Source: a virus (lineage: Duplodnaviria; Caudoviricetes). Taken from it: a stretch of DNA of 51,974 bases. The notes under the pieces were generated by a model. That model ran no database searches. It saw only the letters and a program-made list of their open reading frames with translations, and was not told the DNA's origin. The position numbers and the translations under genes are program-made. The DNA lies in the IMG/VR virus record IMGVR_UViG_3300028802_000021, positions 1 through 51,974 of that record; one strand, 5' to 3'. This document shows, piece by piece, positions 7,945 to 17,046 of this stretch; position 1 is the stretch's first letter; the number at the start of each line of letters is the position of its first letter.

Positions 7945-8511
7945 TCATTTGGAGTCACCTGTCTCGCTGTCGTTGAGGGTATCTGTCGACCCTTTCCGGC
8001 GCCAGGATCGACTGCGGAGCTTGCTGGACAGTTCGTATACGTCGCCGACCCGGTACCAGTAGCCGCCGGCGGTGGCCATCTGGGGGTCCCAGTGGCCTTT
8101 GATCCGGCCCCGGATGCGTTGGGTGCTGAGGGTTTTCGGCGCGATGTGGATGAGTTTCGCCGCGACACCGGCTTTGACGAGGTCGTCGTCTTCGTAGTGG
8201 CCGGGCTGGTCGCAGTGCCAGGTTTCTCCCCAGGTGGTGAATCTTTCGTCGAGGTTGTGGACGGTTTCGGCTTTGCGGGTGTGGTCGAGGTATTCCCGGG
8301 CGGCTTTCATGGCGGTGTCGAGGGCGGCGAGGGTTTTGGCGCTGTTGTAGGCGAGGAGTCTGCGGTCGGCTTCTTCGACGGCTTCGACGATGGTGCGGAG
8401 GTGGGTGGCGACGCCTTCGTATTCGGCGGCGGTGTGTCGGTAGGCGAGGGCGACTTTTCGTGCCCTGTGGACGGGCTGGTCGCCGGGGAACGGCCAACGT
8501 CGCATTTTCAT
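7945..8511 (-). CDS. Actinophage protein with C-terminal HTH
   Basis: RWPFPGD...RARKVALAYR N-terminus; AAKLIHIAPKTL...YRVGDV HTH-like C-terminus; ATGA overlap. Confidence 0.65.
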   Translation of the reverse strand: MKMRRWPFPGDQPVHRARKVALAYRHTAAEYEGVATHLRTIVEAVEEADRRLLAYNSAKTLAALDTAMKAAREYLDHTRKAETVHNLDERFTTWGETWHCDQPGHYEDDDLVKAGVAAKLIHIAPKTLSTQRIRGRIKGHWDPQMATAGGYWYRVGDVYELSSKLRSRSWRRKGSTDTLNDSETGDSK

Positions 8512-9815
8512 CGGGCGGCTGCCGCCATCGGGCTGACGAATCCGGAGGGGACGCCGCCGTCGCCGGGGATGCAGCGCAGGATGATCGGGATGGGGGTTTC
8601 TTCGGTGAAGGGCAGGGTCCTGGGGGCTCTGCCGGTGACCATGTTGTTCCACGACGTGATGATCATTCCGAGGTGGGTGAGTGCCGACCTGCGCTCCCCC
8701 TTGCGGCCCTTGTCGACGGCGTCTTTGATCTCGCCGAGCTTGCGGCGCAGCACCGCCCGGGGATCGTCGTCGAGGAGTTTGATCCGGGAGCCGTCGGGGA
8801 CGACATCGGTGACCAGTCCGTCGAAGAATTGGCGCACATATTCGTTGTCGGCGCCGTTGACTTTGCGGATGAGGTAGTGGGCGGCGGCGAGTGCCGGGCA
8901 GGAGATGCCCCGGATCTTCTGATACTTGGACACCCCGTATGCGGTGCTGAGGCGGTAGGCCTCCTGGTCGTTGCCGAAGGTGTCGATGACGACCTGGTTC
9001 GGTAGGCGCATCCTGGAGGAGCGGCGGGCGTCACCGTCGAGGTGGTAGTAGGCGAGCCGGACTGTCGACTGGAGCACGGAGGAGTGCTTTTCGCCGCCTT
9101 TGGCGAACAGTTGCCGGGCGATTCGCAGGGCGCCTTCGTCGATGACTTTGAAGTTTTCCAGGGGCATGCCGACGAAGACGGCGAAGGGCACTGTCAGGGT
9201 TTCGCCGAGGAGTTTCGCCGCTTCTACTGTCGCGTCGAGGCGATGCTGTCCGTCTTGGAGGATGCCCCGGGTGTCGAAGGCGATTCCTTGGTGGGTGAGG
9301 TGCCACATTCCGGCGAGGATGATGTCGCGGTAGCGGTCCCGGACGACGTCGCTTTTTGGCCGGTTGTCGCCGTTGTTGGTGCGCAGGATCGCCGCCGCCT
9401 GGTCGGAGGTGATGTTGACCCAGCGCATCCAGGGTTTGGGGTGTTCGCCGGTGAGCCAGTCGAGGCTGACGTCTTCGCATTCGACCAGGTAGGGCCCGGC
9501 TGCCCTGATGAGGCTGGCGTTGGCGGCCATTTCTTTCGCTTTTTGTTCGGCGAATTCCCGGGCGATGTCGTTGCGGGTGCGGTTTTCGTTGATGCGGGCG
9601 CCGGACATGGCTTTTTCGGCGTCGGCGAGCCCGGCGGCGTTGAGTCGGGCTTCAGTGTTTTTCAGGGAGCGGACGTCGGAGTAGGTGAGGTGGATGGAGT
9701 GCATGCGGCCTGCGGGGTCGTACACCTTAAACCCGTTGGTGCTTTCGACGACGCTCCATTTGACTCGCCGGCACCGGTCGACGAGGGCTTTGCTGTCGGT
9801 TAGCCGTGTGGTCAT
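8508..9815 (-). CDS. DGQHR/ParB-like domain protein with N-terminal HicA-like domain
   Basis: NRP....Y...I..G.W....QGIAFD..G.LQDGQHRL; N-terminal W.V.....FKVYDPAG....H.T.SD.RSLKN..A.L..AG. Confidence 0.7.
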   Translation of the reverse strand: MTTRLTDSKALVDRCRRVKWSVVESTNGFKVYDPAGRMHSIHLTYSDVRSLKNTEARLNAAGLADAEKAMSGARINENRTRNDIAREFAEQKAKEMAANASLIRAAGPYLVECEDVSLDWLTGEHPKPWMRWVNITSDQAAAILRTNNGDNRPKSDVVRDRYRDIILAGMWHLTHQGIAFDTRGILQDGQHRLDATVEAAKLLGETLTVPFAVFVGMPLENFKVIDEGALRIARQLFAKGGEKHSSVLQSTVRLAYYHLDGDARRSSRMRLPNQVVIDTFGNDQEAYRLSTAYGVSKYQKIRGISCPALAAAHYLIRKVNGADNEYVRQFFDGLVTDVVPDGSRIKLLDDDPRAVLRRKLGEIKDAVDKGRKGERRSALTHLGMIITSWNNMVTGRAPRTLPFTEETPIPIILRCIPGDGGVPSGFVSPMAAAAR

Positions 9816-9829
9816 GTGGGTGGTTCCTT

Positions 9830-10123
9830 TCAGAGGGGTTCGGGGGCGATGAGTCCGGTTTTGACGTAGTAGTCGAGCTCTTTGTCGGTGGGCGGCTGGT
9901 TGATGTTCATGTGGCAGCGGGGGTGCCCGGGTGCGACGGAGCAGAGTTGGATCATGGGGCGGATTGCGCCGACGCCCCGGGTGGTGCGCAGGTCGTAGCG
10001 GATCCCGTCGACGAAGAACACACCGAGGGGGTAGCAGTAGGCGGCGCCGTCGCTGAGCCAGAACCTCAGCCCGGCCTTCTCATCGATCCACTCGTAGTAC
10101 TCGGTTTCGTCAGTGCTGGTGAT
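9830..10123 (-). CDS. Hypothetical protein, probable ATC start; paralogue of 10403..10735
   Basis: AAAGGAG lies 8 nt before ATC; frame open through the ORF-track GTG at 10021. Confidence 0.5.
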   Translation of the reverse strand: MTSTDETEYYEWIDEKAGLRFWLSDGAAYCYPLGVFFVDGIRYDLRTTRGVGAIRPMIQLCSVAPGHPRCHMNINQPPTDKELDYYVKTGLIAPEPL

Positions 10124-10406
10124 GGTCGGCGCTCCTTTCGAACCGGGCGAGTTTCAGGGTTTGCAGGTGGTGGATTTCGTCCTGGGCAACAATGTTCGCT
10201 TCGAGGAGTCGGCTGTGTTCTTCGAGCAAATGGACGTGGGTGATCCGCAGGTGGTCGGTGTGGGCGGTGAGCAGCGCCATCAGGGTGCAGAGGGTGGCGG
10301 CGGTGGCGGCGAGGTAGTTCCCGGCGGTGATGCTGGCGCCGGTCATGAGGATCCAGCCGCCGGTGATGGGGGCCCAGGGGGTGAGGGTGATCCGCCGGCG
10401 GGTCAT
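10110..10406 (-). CDS. Membrane/coiled-coil hypothetical protein
   Basis: ATGA overlap; hydrophobic N-terminal half. Confidence 0.55.
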   Translation of the reverse strand: MTRRRITLTPWAPITGGWILMTGASITAGNYLAATAATLCTLMALLTAHTDHLRITHVHLLEEHSRLLEANIVAQDEIHHLQTLKLARFERSADHHQH

Positions 10407-10735
10407 GCCAGGCCCGGGGCGTCGCAGGTGCAGCCGGGCCCGTCTGGGTCGCTCCACCTGTCGTGGACCCAGTTGTAGAGCTCCGCTTCGGTGAGCGGGC
10501 AGTTGAGGCAGGCTACGGCGGGGTCGCACATGCCGTCTTCGTTGGTGAGGACTCGCAGCATCGGCTGGACGGTCCAGGAGCAGAGGTCGGCGTGGTGCAT
10601 GTCGTAGCTGATGCCGTCGACGGTGAACGGGAGCAGCTGGTAGAAGCCGAGGAGTCCACTGTCCCCGCTGAGCGGGTGGTAGCTGAGCTCATGGCACCTC
10701 CGGGATGGGGTGGCTGCTTCTTGCAGGGTAGACAT
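10403..10735 (-). CDS. Hypothetical protein
   Basis: Shares F.VDGI.YD...PM...N.P.T..EL with the 9830 ORF; start uncertain. Confidence 0.55.
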   Translation of the reverse strand: MSTLQEAATPSRRCHELSYHPLSGDSGLLGFYQLLPFTVDGISYDMHHADLCSWTVQPMLRVLTNEDGMCDPAVACLNCPLTEAELYNWVHDRWSDPDGPGCTCDAPGLA

Positions 10736-10784
10736 GAAAAACCCATTCACTCAATAGCGGGCCGGTGTGTGCCCGTCGTTCAGC

Positions 10785-11480
10785 TCAACGACCCTCTGAC
10801 ACCGGGGTTACGCGCAACATCATCGTTTGCGAACTTAGGTAATCCGAATGGGTGATCTGCAAGTTGCATGCCGCACACCACACCCGGTCCGGCTTGTCAT
10901 CGGTGCGCCTTAAAGCTGGCACCGAACATGAAGGACATTCACCGGGGAGACGGATGGTGCGGGGGTCGAGGCCGCACACCTTCCGGGCCCGATGGTGCAA
11001 CTCCGAGAACAACCCCAGCAGTCCCGCCCCATCTAGCCCGTAAGCCCGCTCAGAGCCCCACAGAGCGACTTTCGCAGGCATCCGTGCCAGATCGTCTATC
11101 CGGGGGTGCAGGAAGCTCACAGCGTCGCTCAGGCCGTACCCTTCCCGAACCTTCACCGACAGGCGAACTATCCCGAGGTGGGTGCGCAGATGATCCTCTG
11201 CGGACCGGGCAACCTCCGCGATGACGCTACGTAACGTGAACACTCCGATGTCGATCGTCGGCGTCGACTCAGGCTTAGGCCGGGAGATCTTCGACTCGGA
11301 ATGGGAGTCCTGCCGGGCGATCAATTGCGACAGGTCCACATAATCGTAGCGGAGCAAATTCAATTCGCGCCGGGACCGATTACGGCAGCCCTCACAAAGC
11401 GGATTCGTCATCGACAGGCCGGGAATTCCACTACGGCGGTCGAATACCGAACAATTCTCGCCGAGGATACAGAATGTCAT
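10785..11480 (-). CDS. Zn-finger protein, putative transcription regulator
   Basis: N-terminal C....C...LCEGC; C-terminal CPSC...WCAAC; follows replication gene. Confidence 0.55.
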   Translation of the reverse strand: MTFCILGENCSVFDRRSGIPGLSMTNPLCEGCRNRSRRELNLLRYDYVDLSQLIARQDSHSESKISRPKPESTPTIDIGVFTLRSVIAEVARSAEDHLRTHLGIVRLSVKVREGYGLSDAVSFLHPRIDDLARMPAKVALWGSERAYGLDGAGLLGLFSELHHRARKVCGLDPRTIRLPGECPSCSVPALRRTDDKPDRVWCAACNLQITHSDYLSSQTMMLRVTPVSEGR

Positions 11481-12316
11481 TCCGATTCCTCATCCCGAAA
11501 CAGCACCGACGGAATGGGTTCGGTCGGTCGGTCCGGGGGGTACTTCGAAAAAGTTGTGTCTGTTCCTGTCGAAAGCGGGCTTGTCGCTTTCGTATTGTTC
11601 AGCGTTGCTCGAATTGCGGCCTGGGCATCTGGAGCTCGCATCGTAACACCCTCTGGTGGGATCTCAACCGACTCGATCGGGTCGGTTTTCCGGGCGGGTC
11701 GCGCGGCGCCCCCGCCGCTGCGCGGCGCGTCCCGCCCGGCTTTTGGAGTTCCGTCCGTCCTCGAAGAGGACGGAACTTCAAAAGACCCCGCGCGGGGCTG
11801 CGCAGGGCTGCGCGCCCAGCCCTGCGCGCGAGGGACGTCCTCCATATCGTTCTGACCTGCGGAAACGTCGTCCTCTTTGGGCCACGGTTGGGCCACGTTA
11901 TGGCCGTTTTTTGACTGCCGACTGGCCGCGATTGGGCCACGGTCAGGCCGCGATAGGGCCACGATAGACCCACGATCGGGTCGTATCGTGGGTCTATCTG
12001 ATTGACCATCTCGAATGGGTGTGATCCACTTTTCGGTGTCCACGATGGCGTACTCCTCAAGGGTGGCGTCATACCGGAGGAGCTCTGCCTCGCAAAGTCG
12101 ATCAACATAGCGCCCCAGATGCCGGGTGCCCGGCAAGGCGGCGGCAATCTGCGCCCGGGTGATCCGGCCCCTCGTCGACAATTCATGCATCGTCAGAACA
12201 ATGACAAGGAAAATGTAGCGGGCAGTCTCCGGCACGGTAATCAACTTGGCGTCCTTGGGGTACCCGAGAGGATAAGAAACCCTCGCCGGTCCGCTCCCCC
12301 TACGCTGAGGCCTCAC
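11477..12316 (-). CDS. Putative replication initiator (wHTH N-terminus, internal iterons)
   Basis: wHTH-like N-terminus, low-complexity middle made of 11-bp repeats; GTG with GGGGGAG SD. Confidence 0.6.
   Translation of the reverse strand: MRPQRRGSGPARVSYPLGYPKDAKLITVPETARYIFLVIVLTMHELSTRGRITRAQIAAALPGTRHLGRYVDRLCEAELLRYDATLEEYAIVDTEKWITPIRDGQSDRPTIRPDRGSIVALSRPDRGPIAASRQSKNGHNVAQPWPKEDDVSAGQNDMEDVPRAQGWARSPAQPRAGSFEVPSSSRTDGTPKAGRDAPRSGGGAARPARKTDPIESVEIPPEGVTMRAPDAQAAIRATLNNTKATSPLSTGTDTTFSKYPPDRPTEPIPSVLFRDEESE
11877..11998. repeat. Iteron array, probable origin of replication
   Basis: 11-bp periodic units TTGGGCCACGG, TTGGGCCACGT, TTGGGCCACGG, TCAGGCCGCGA, TAGGGCCACGA, TAGACCCACGA; 14-bp IR GATAGACCCACGAT/ATCGTGGGTCTATC. 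Confidence 0.7.
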
Positions 12317-12537
12317 CGTAACTCCCCCCTTCCATTCTCCAGCCACCACTGCCGACCCCGGATCTTCGTTTCCTGCCACCTGACCTGTTCGAAAACCCGG
12401 CGCCGGTAGGCCCGCATGAAGGCGATGCGCAATTCCCACGGCACGATCGGATAGCAGTGCCGGCACAGTGCCCGCCACACCGGCACCACCTCCTGGCCAC
12501 ACATCGGACAGTCGTGCCAGTCACCCACGACAGTCAC
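12313..12537 (-). CDS. Zn-finger small protein
   Basis: CPMC...LCRHC. Confidence 0.6.
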   Translation of the reverse strand: MTVVGDWHDCPMCGQEVVPVWRALCRHCYPIVPWELRIAFMRAYRRRVFEQVRWQETKIRGRQWWLENGRGELR

Positions 12538-12779
12538 CCACCGTTACACCGCTCGGCCTTATGCGCTTCACACAGTCGCTGGACCGTCTCGCCGTCGGAG
12601 ACCCGCCACCGGGCCACCCGGGGGAACGGGGCGACGGCCTGGCCAAAGCGATGGATTTCCTCGCAACAAAATTCACAGAGCCGTGTGGACCGGGTCCGTA
12701 CCGCCTGGACCTTGCCGGGCTTGAGGGGCTTCGGGGTTCTCTTCGGCAGCTCCGGCATCCCTGGCAACGGCTGGCTCAT
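12534..12779 (-). CDS. Zn-finger small protein
   Basis: LCEFC...LCEAH. Confidence 0.65.
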   Translation of the reverse strand: MSQPLPGMPELPKRTPKPLKPGKVQAVRTRSTRLCEFCCEEIHRFGQAVAPFPRVARWRVSDGETVQRLCEAHKAERCNGG

Positions 12780-12998
12780 CTAGAGGTACCCCCGGTAACG
12801 GAGGACGACGAAGGCGCAGAACCCTGCCGCCTGCTTGTGGTTCGAGTTCATCAAGATCGCCTTCGTCAGCTCCTCAATGGTGAGGAAGATGTCGTTGTCG
12901 AACTTCGCCATCGCGTCATCGACAAGCAGGCACAGCGACGCCAGCCCAAGGTCGATCTCGTGGAGGATCACTTCGTCCTCAGTCGTCATCGTCGTCAT
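12780..12998 (-). CDS. Hypothetical protein
   Basis: Operon packing. Confidence 0.55.
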   Translation of the reverse strand: MTTMTTEDEVILHEIDLGLASLCLLVDDAMAKFDNDIFLTIEELTKAILMNSNHKQAAGFCAFVVLRYRGYL

Positions 12999-13176
12999 CG
13001 GGTAGCAGCACCTTTCGGAAGCCGAGAGGGCAGCCCTCCCGGTGCGGGGTCACGGAATGGAGCCCGGAGCGGCGGCGGCGAACCACCGTGTACGTCCAGC
13101 CATCCGGAGTAGGGCGGGTCACCGGGGCTTTGCACACCCGGCACTCCCGCCACACGCAGGCAAATATCTTCATCAC
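12979..13176 (-). CDS. Zn-binding small protein (MKIFACVWRECRVC...)
   Basis: GTGA overlap with rusA stop; CRVC...H...C. Confidence 0.5.
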   Translation of the reverse strand: MMKIFACVWRECRVCKAPVTRPTPDGWTYTVVRRRRSGLHSVTPHREGCPLGFRKVLLPDDDDDD

Positions 13177-13559
13177 TTCTCCAGCGGGTAGATGAGCAGG
13201 TGCAGGCCCTTGTCTTTGCGGGCCACCAGCGGACCCAGGCGCATGTCGGGGCCGATGACGTGCTTGGCGTTGTCGTCGGCGAACACCCCGGCATCGACGA
13301 GCCCGTCCACACAGGCCTTCCCTGTCGGGGCCCAGTTGTTCGGGTCGCGCCGGCGGACTTCGACGAACCGCAGCTCGCAGACGATCCGGGCGTACTCGAT
13401 GCGGGGCAGGCGTAGGTGCCGGGCCCAGAAGTAGGTGGCGAGTCTCCAGGCCCGCACCCGCCCGGCCTTGTCCGCCCAATGAAGCCGCTGGTTATCCGTC
13501 AGCCAGCCCAAACGGCCAGCGGGGACCTCTACGCGGTAGAGGTACGGCGGCGGGGTCAT
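13173..13559 (-). CDS. rusA: RusA-like Holliday junction resolvase
   Basis: RRDPNNW..TGKACVDGLVDAGVFADDN catalytic motif. Confidence 0.8.
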   Translation of the reverse strand: MTPPPYLYRVEVPAGRLGWLTDNQRLHWADKAGRVRAWRLATYFWARHLRLPRIEYARIVCELRFVEVRRRDPNNWAPTGKACVDGLVDAGVFADDNAKHVIGPDMRLGPLVARKDKGLHLLIYPLEK

Positions 13560-14128
13560 GGCTGTGCCGCCATCTTCTTGCGTCGGGCTCTAAATTCTCG
13601 AAGGCGCTGAAGTTTGCACGTGCGGCAGGCGCGCTCGGGGCGGCCCGAAGATCTCGTGAGGAAGAGGTCGAACGGGTGGCCCCGGAGGCACAAATTCTTT
13701 GCGCGGTTGATCGAGGTAATGGTGAAGGGGGACCGTGCGGTGTTCTCGAAGGCCGTGCAGGGGTCGAGATGCCCCGGGTTTACGCAGTGCCTCACGCGAC
13801 AGAGGTGATCAAGGGTGAGACCAGCGGGAATCGCCCCCCGTAGAACCATGTACACGGCCCGATGAGCCGGGGTTCTCGTCTGTATCTTTTTCCCGCCGAG
13901 CCCCTCGTATGCAACGGCGAAGGTCCCGTATCCGTATGCATTGCGAGCGCCGAGCCAGTTCCAGCATCCATCAGGCGGGGCGCCTTCCACGTTCCGGAAT
14001 AGATTCACAAGCCGCCTGTCGGTCAGTGTGTATGGTTCCCCGTTCACCTGAACGACTCTCGAAACGAGCGACACCCCCAGCCGTTGAAGCTCGCTCGTGC
14101 ATAAGCTCGCAAAGTCCATCCGCTTCAC
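13556..14128 (-). CDS. HNH homing-type endonuclease
   Basis: CWNWLG.....GYG...AHRAVY...LDHLCRVRHCVNPGHL; C-terminal C..GH...CRTC. Confidence 0.9.
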   Translation of the reverse strand: MKRMDFASLCTSELQRLGVSLVSRVVQVNGEPYTLTDRRLVNLFRNVEGAPPDGCWNWLGARNAYGYGTFAVAYEGLGGKKIQTRTPAHRAVYMVLRGAIPAGLTLDHLCRVRHCVNPGHLDPCTAFENTARSPFTITSINRAKNLCLRGHPFDLFLTRSSGRPERACRTCKLQRLREFRARRKKMAAQP

Positions 14129-14997
14129 GCCCCCGCCTCCGCGCCTTCGACGGGCGGCCAGTTTTCATCGCTGTTGAGCATTTCGAGGACGGCCCGGCCC
14201 TCTGCCTCGCTGAGGTTGTTGACTGTGACGACCTTGCGGCCCAGGACCCCGGAGATGATCTCGTTCCGCTTGTCCCTGTTCTTGATGGATGCCTCAGCGA
14301 ACTTCGTCATGATCGCCGCCCGGGTCGCCGGGAAGATCGACATCTGGTCTTCGGACTCCTCAAACTCAGGAGGCGGGGCAGCCTGGGTCAGCTCCGGGGT
14401 CAGTTCCGGCTCGGCGTACATCGGTGCTGGTGAGACAGGCTTCGATGCCTGCACCTTTGCGGGCTCGGGGGGTGTCAGATCCCGGATCTCCTCCGACGAA
14501 TACGTGGCGCCGATGAGGACATTCGCAGCCACCAGCCGGCACAGCTGAGAAGTGGCGCGGGCGATCAACATGACCCCCGGCTGGTTCTTCCAGTTGTCCT
14601 TGGCAGTCAGTCCGAGCTTGCGAGCCTGGTCGATATGCCACGTCACCGTCGTCCAGGCCTGTCCGGGGCGCTGGGCGGACATGACACAGCGGGTTTCGGT
14701 GGTCTCGTCGAGGCGGAAGCGGATGCCGTCCTTCATCGCCAGGCCCCGCATGGCGTTGGCGGACAGGGTGGGGCGGCCTTGGATGACGTCGATGGTGCGC
14801 AGCGAGGTCATCGGGGGCAGGTCGAGTTCGGAGCCGTAAAGGATGCAGGCGGCGATCTCGTCGGGCTTACCCCTCATCGAGGTGGGGACGAAGGAGGTGT
14901 TGCAGAGTGCTTTGGCGATGGTGTGGACCTGGGAGGCCTGTTCGACAAACAGGGCCAGGTCGTTGTGGACAGCAGGGATCGCAACATCGGTGCTCAT
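14125..14997 (-). CDS. RecT-like single-strand annealing protein
   Basis: TSFVP.SMRGKP....A.I.YG.EL.L.PM.SL..IDVIQGRP...A.KLGL..KDNW..QP..ML.ARA; adjacent to exonuclease. Confidence 0.75.
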   Translation of the reverse strand: MSTDVAIPAVHNDLALFVEQASQVHTIAKALCNTSFVPTSMRGKPDEIAACILYGSELDLPPMTSLRTIDVIQGRPTLSANAMRGLAMKDGIRFRLDETTETRCVMSAQRPGQAWTTVTWHIDQARKLGLTAKDNWKNQPGVMLIARATSQLCRLVAANVLIGATYSSEEIRDLTPPEPAKVQASKPVSPAPMYAEPELTPELTQAAPPPEFEESEDQMSIFPATRAAIMTKFAEASIKNRDKRNEIISGVLGRKVVTVNNLSEAEGRAVLEMLNSDENWPPVEGAEAGA

Positions 14998-15069
14998 TTA
15001 TGGGTGTCCTTTACCAAACGAAGGCGAGGAGGATCATCAAGGCCAGCCCTGCGGCGGCGACGAGCAAGG

Positions 15070-15864
15070 TCAGTACGTCTTCATCCATGGCGGGGTCTCG
15101 GCGTCGCCTTTCCAGGTGGGGATCTGGTCGGCGTTCTTCGCCACTTGCAGGACATGGAGGAAGACTTTGAACACGTGCCCGTCGGTGTTGAGCGGGTACA
15201 CGTCGTAGCCGTCCGCCCGGACCCAGACCGCTTTTGCTTCGGTGACGCCGACTTCGCGCATAGGAATCTCGGTGCCGTCCTGGGCCACGTACGCATCGGC
15301 ATAGCGGTAGGCAGCCAATTGCAGCGCAGTTTCGCCCCAAATCCCTGACTGTCCCGTCTTGTAGTCGAAGAGGATTCGTCTTCCGTCGGGGACTTCGGCG
15401 ATCAAATCGAACGTGCCGGCGTAGCCCCACTGGTAGGAGCCGACGGTGTTCTCGACCAGCAGCGGGCGGATCTTCCACTCGTCGAAGAACTTGATCACCG
15501 ACTCGACGTGGCCTCGGAGCTCTTCGGGGACGTCGACGTCTTCTCTGGTGAAGACCAACTTCTCGGCGAGCTTGTGGACCTTCGAGCCCCGCAACGCTGC
15601 CCCGTCTCGGATCCGCTCGGGTGCCCTCTTGAGGTGGTCGAGGATCTGCCGCTCGTCGGTGAGCTTGTTGTCGATCAACCACTGCTCGGTCTGGCCGGGC
15701 CAGGCGATGATCCGGGACGCTTCGGTGGCGACGGCTTTGGCGGCCCAGGGGATCAGGTTCGGCTTGGGCAGTCCCTTGGAGAGGGCTGTCGTGACACCGA
15801 CAGCCTTGTGCCCGTTGATGGTGTAGGAGTGGTTTCGGCCGCGCTGAATGCGGAAGATTGACAT
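15070..15864 (-). CDS. PD-(D/E)XK exonuclease (RecE/Cas4-like)
   Basis: VTT.L...RGS.VH...E...YAGTFDL...DYKTG...LQLAAY. Confidence 0.85.
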   Translation of the reverse strand: MSIFRIQRGRNHSYTINGHKAVGVTTALSKGLPKPNLIPWAAKAVATEASRIIAWPGQTEQWLIDNKLTDERQILDHLKRAPERIRDGAALRGSKVHKLAEKLVFTREDVDVPEELRGHVESVIKFFDEWKIRPLLVENTVGSYQWGYAGTFDLIAEVPDGRRILFDYKTGQSGIWGETALQLAAYRYADAYVAQDGTEIPMREVGVTEAKAVWVRADGYDVYPLNTDGHVFKVFLHVLQVAKNADQIPTWKGDAETPPWMKTY

Positions 15865-15883
15865 GTGCGGATACCGCTCTTTC

Positions 15884-16285
15884 TCAGCCGGCAGGGAATA
15901 CGGGTGGCGAATGGAGCAGTTCGTCGACGGCGGAGACCGGGATCCGGTATTGCCCTCTCGGCCCGTACCCCTTCACCGACGGCAGGCGCCCTTCGCGGCA
16001 CAGGTGGCGGACGGTCTCTGCGGAAAAGCCGGTGAGGATGGCTACTTGGGCGACGCGCAGGGTCGGCTCGTAGTCTTCGGTGAGGCGAGCGGCGTTCATG
16101 ACGTTGGCGCCACCTGCGGCGTTGTACGCATGGACGTCACTTTGTCGTACCAGGTAGTGCAGGTTTCCCTTGCGGGCCTGCTGCGACGGAAGGTTCCCGC
16201 GCTGGATGCGGCGGTAGACCTGGTAGCGGGAGATGCCCAACTGCTCGGCGACTTCGGCAACCGTCAGAAGGGCGTCATTGTCCAT
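15884..16285 (-). CDS. Tandem excisionase-type HTH protein (Cro-like position)
   Basis: Two repeats LLTVAEVAEQLGIS and LRVAQVAILTGFSAETVR; first gene of leftward early operon. Confidence 0.8.
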   Translation of the reverse strand: MDNDALLTVAEVAEQLGISRYQVYRRIQRGNLPSQQARKGNLHYLVRQSDVHAYNAAGGANVMNAARLTEDYEPTLRVAQVAILTGFSAETVRHLCREGRLPSVKGYGPRGQYRIPVSAVDELLHSPPVFPAG

Positions 16286-16705
16286 GGTGGTAATCCCCCT
16301 GAATTTGTTTCCCGGTGCGTCTCGGTGCTGACCGGGTAAACACAATCACGGGCCTCTGACATGGGCAACGAACGCCATTCGGGGTCCATTTGGTAGCCAC
16401 TCTGCGCGACCCCCACACCGGCCATGACGGCGCCCGAAAAGTCCGGCCCATACGCGAGGAGGACTCGCGGTAGTGTCACTCGAAAGTGGTGAATTACGTA
16501 GGTCGGGGAAAGAGGCATGTCCGATCCGGGGGTCCCGCCGTTGAGCCCAGCAACCGGAAGGAGACCCACCCGCCATGACCCTCTACGTATCCGAGACCCA
16601 CCCGAACTACCGGCAGCTTTCCGTCGGCGTCCACCGCGCCCCCAGCCGCTGGGACACCCTCAAGGATTGGCTTCGCTCCCCGTTCATCTACAAGGGAGCC
16701 CGCTG

Positions 16706-16888
16706 ATGGCCCGCAACACGACGGCGAGCATCAGCCACGCCGAACGCCCGCCCCGCACCCAATGCAAAATCTGCGACTGCTCAATCTTCATCGGGGACGA
16801 CACCGTCTGGGTGATCAGCCCCAGGCCCGGACTCGCCCACCGGATCTGCGCCGAGGAATCGAAGGGGGTGCCGCCACGCGAGCCCTGA
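16706..16888 (+). CDS. Small Zn-binding protein
   Basis: SD AAGGGAG; CKIC...HRIC. Confidence 0.5.
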   Translation: MARNTTASISHAERPPRTQCKICDCSIFIGDDTVWVISPRPGLAHRICAEESKGVPPREP

Positions 16889-17046
16889 GAATCCTTCGGC
16901 CCATCGCAGTAGCGGCAGCGATCAGCAACGCCTGCACTGCGTTCATCGGCGCGTACACCACCGACCCCAAGGCAATGGCGGTAGGCCTGATCGGGGTGGC
17001 GTGCAGCACCTACGGCTGGCTTTTTTTCACCGAGGAGGCCGAACTG

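Noticed and set aside
15070-15864. Cas4 as evidence of a CRISPR system
   Set aside because: It is a solo PD-(D/E)XK exonuclease beside an SSAP, i.e. a RecE/RecT-type pair.
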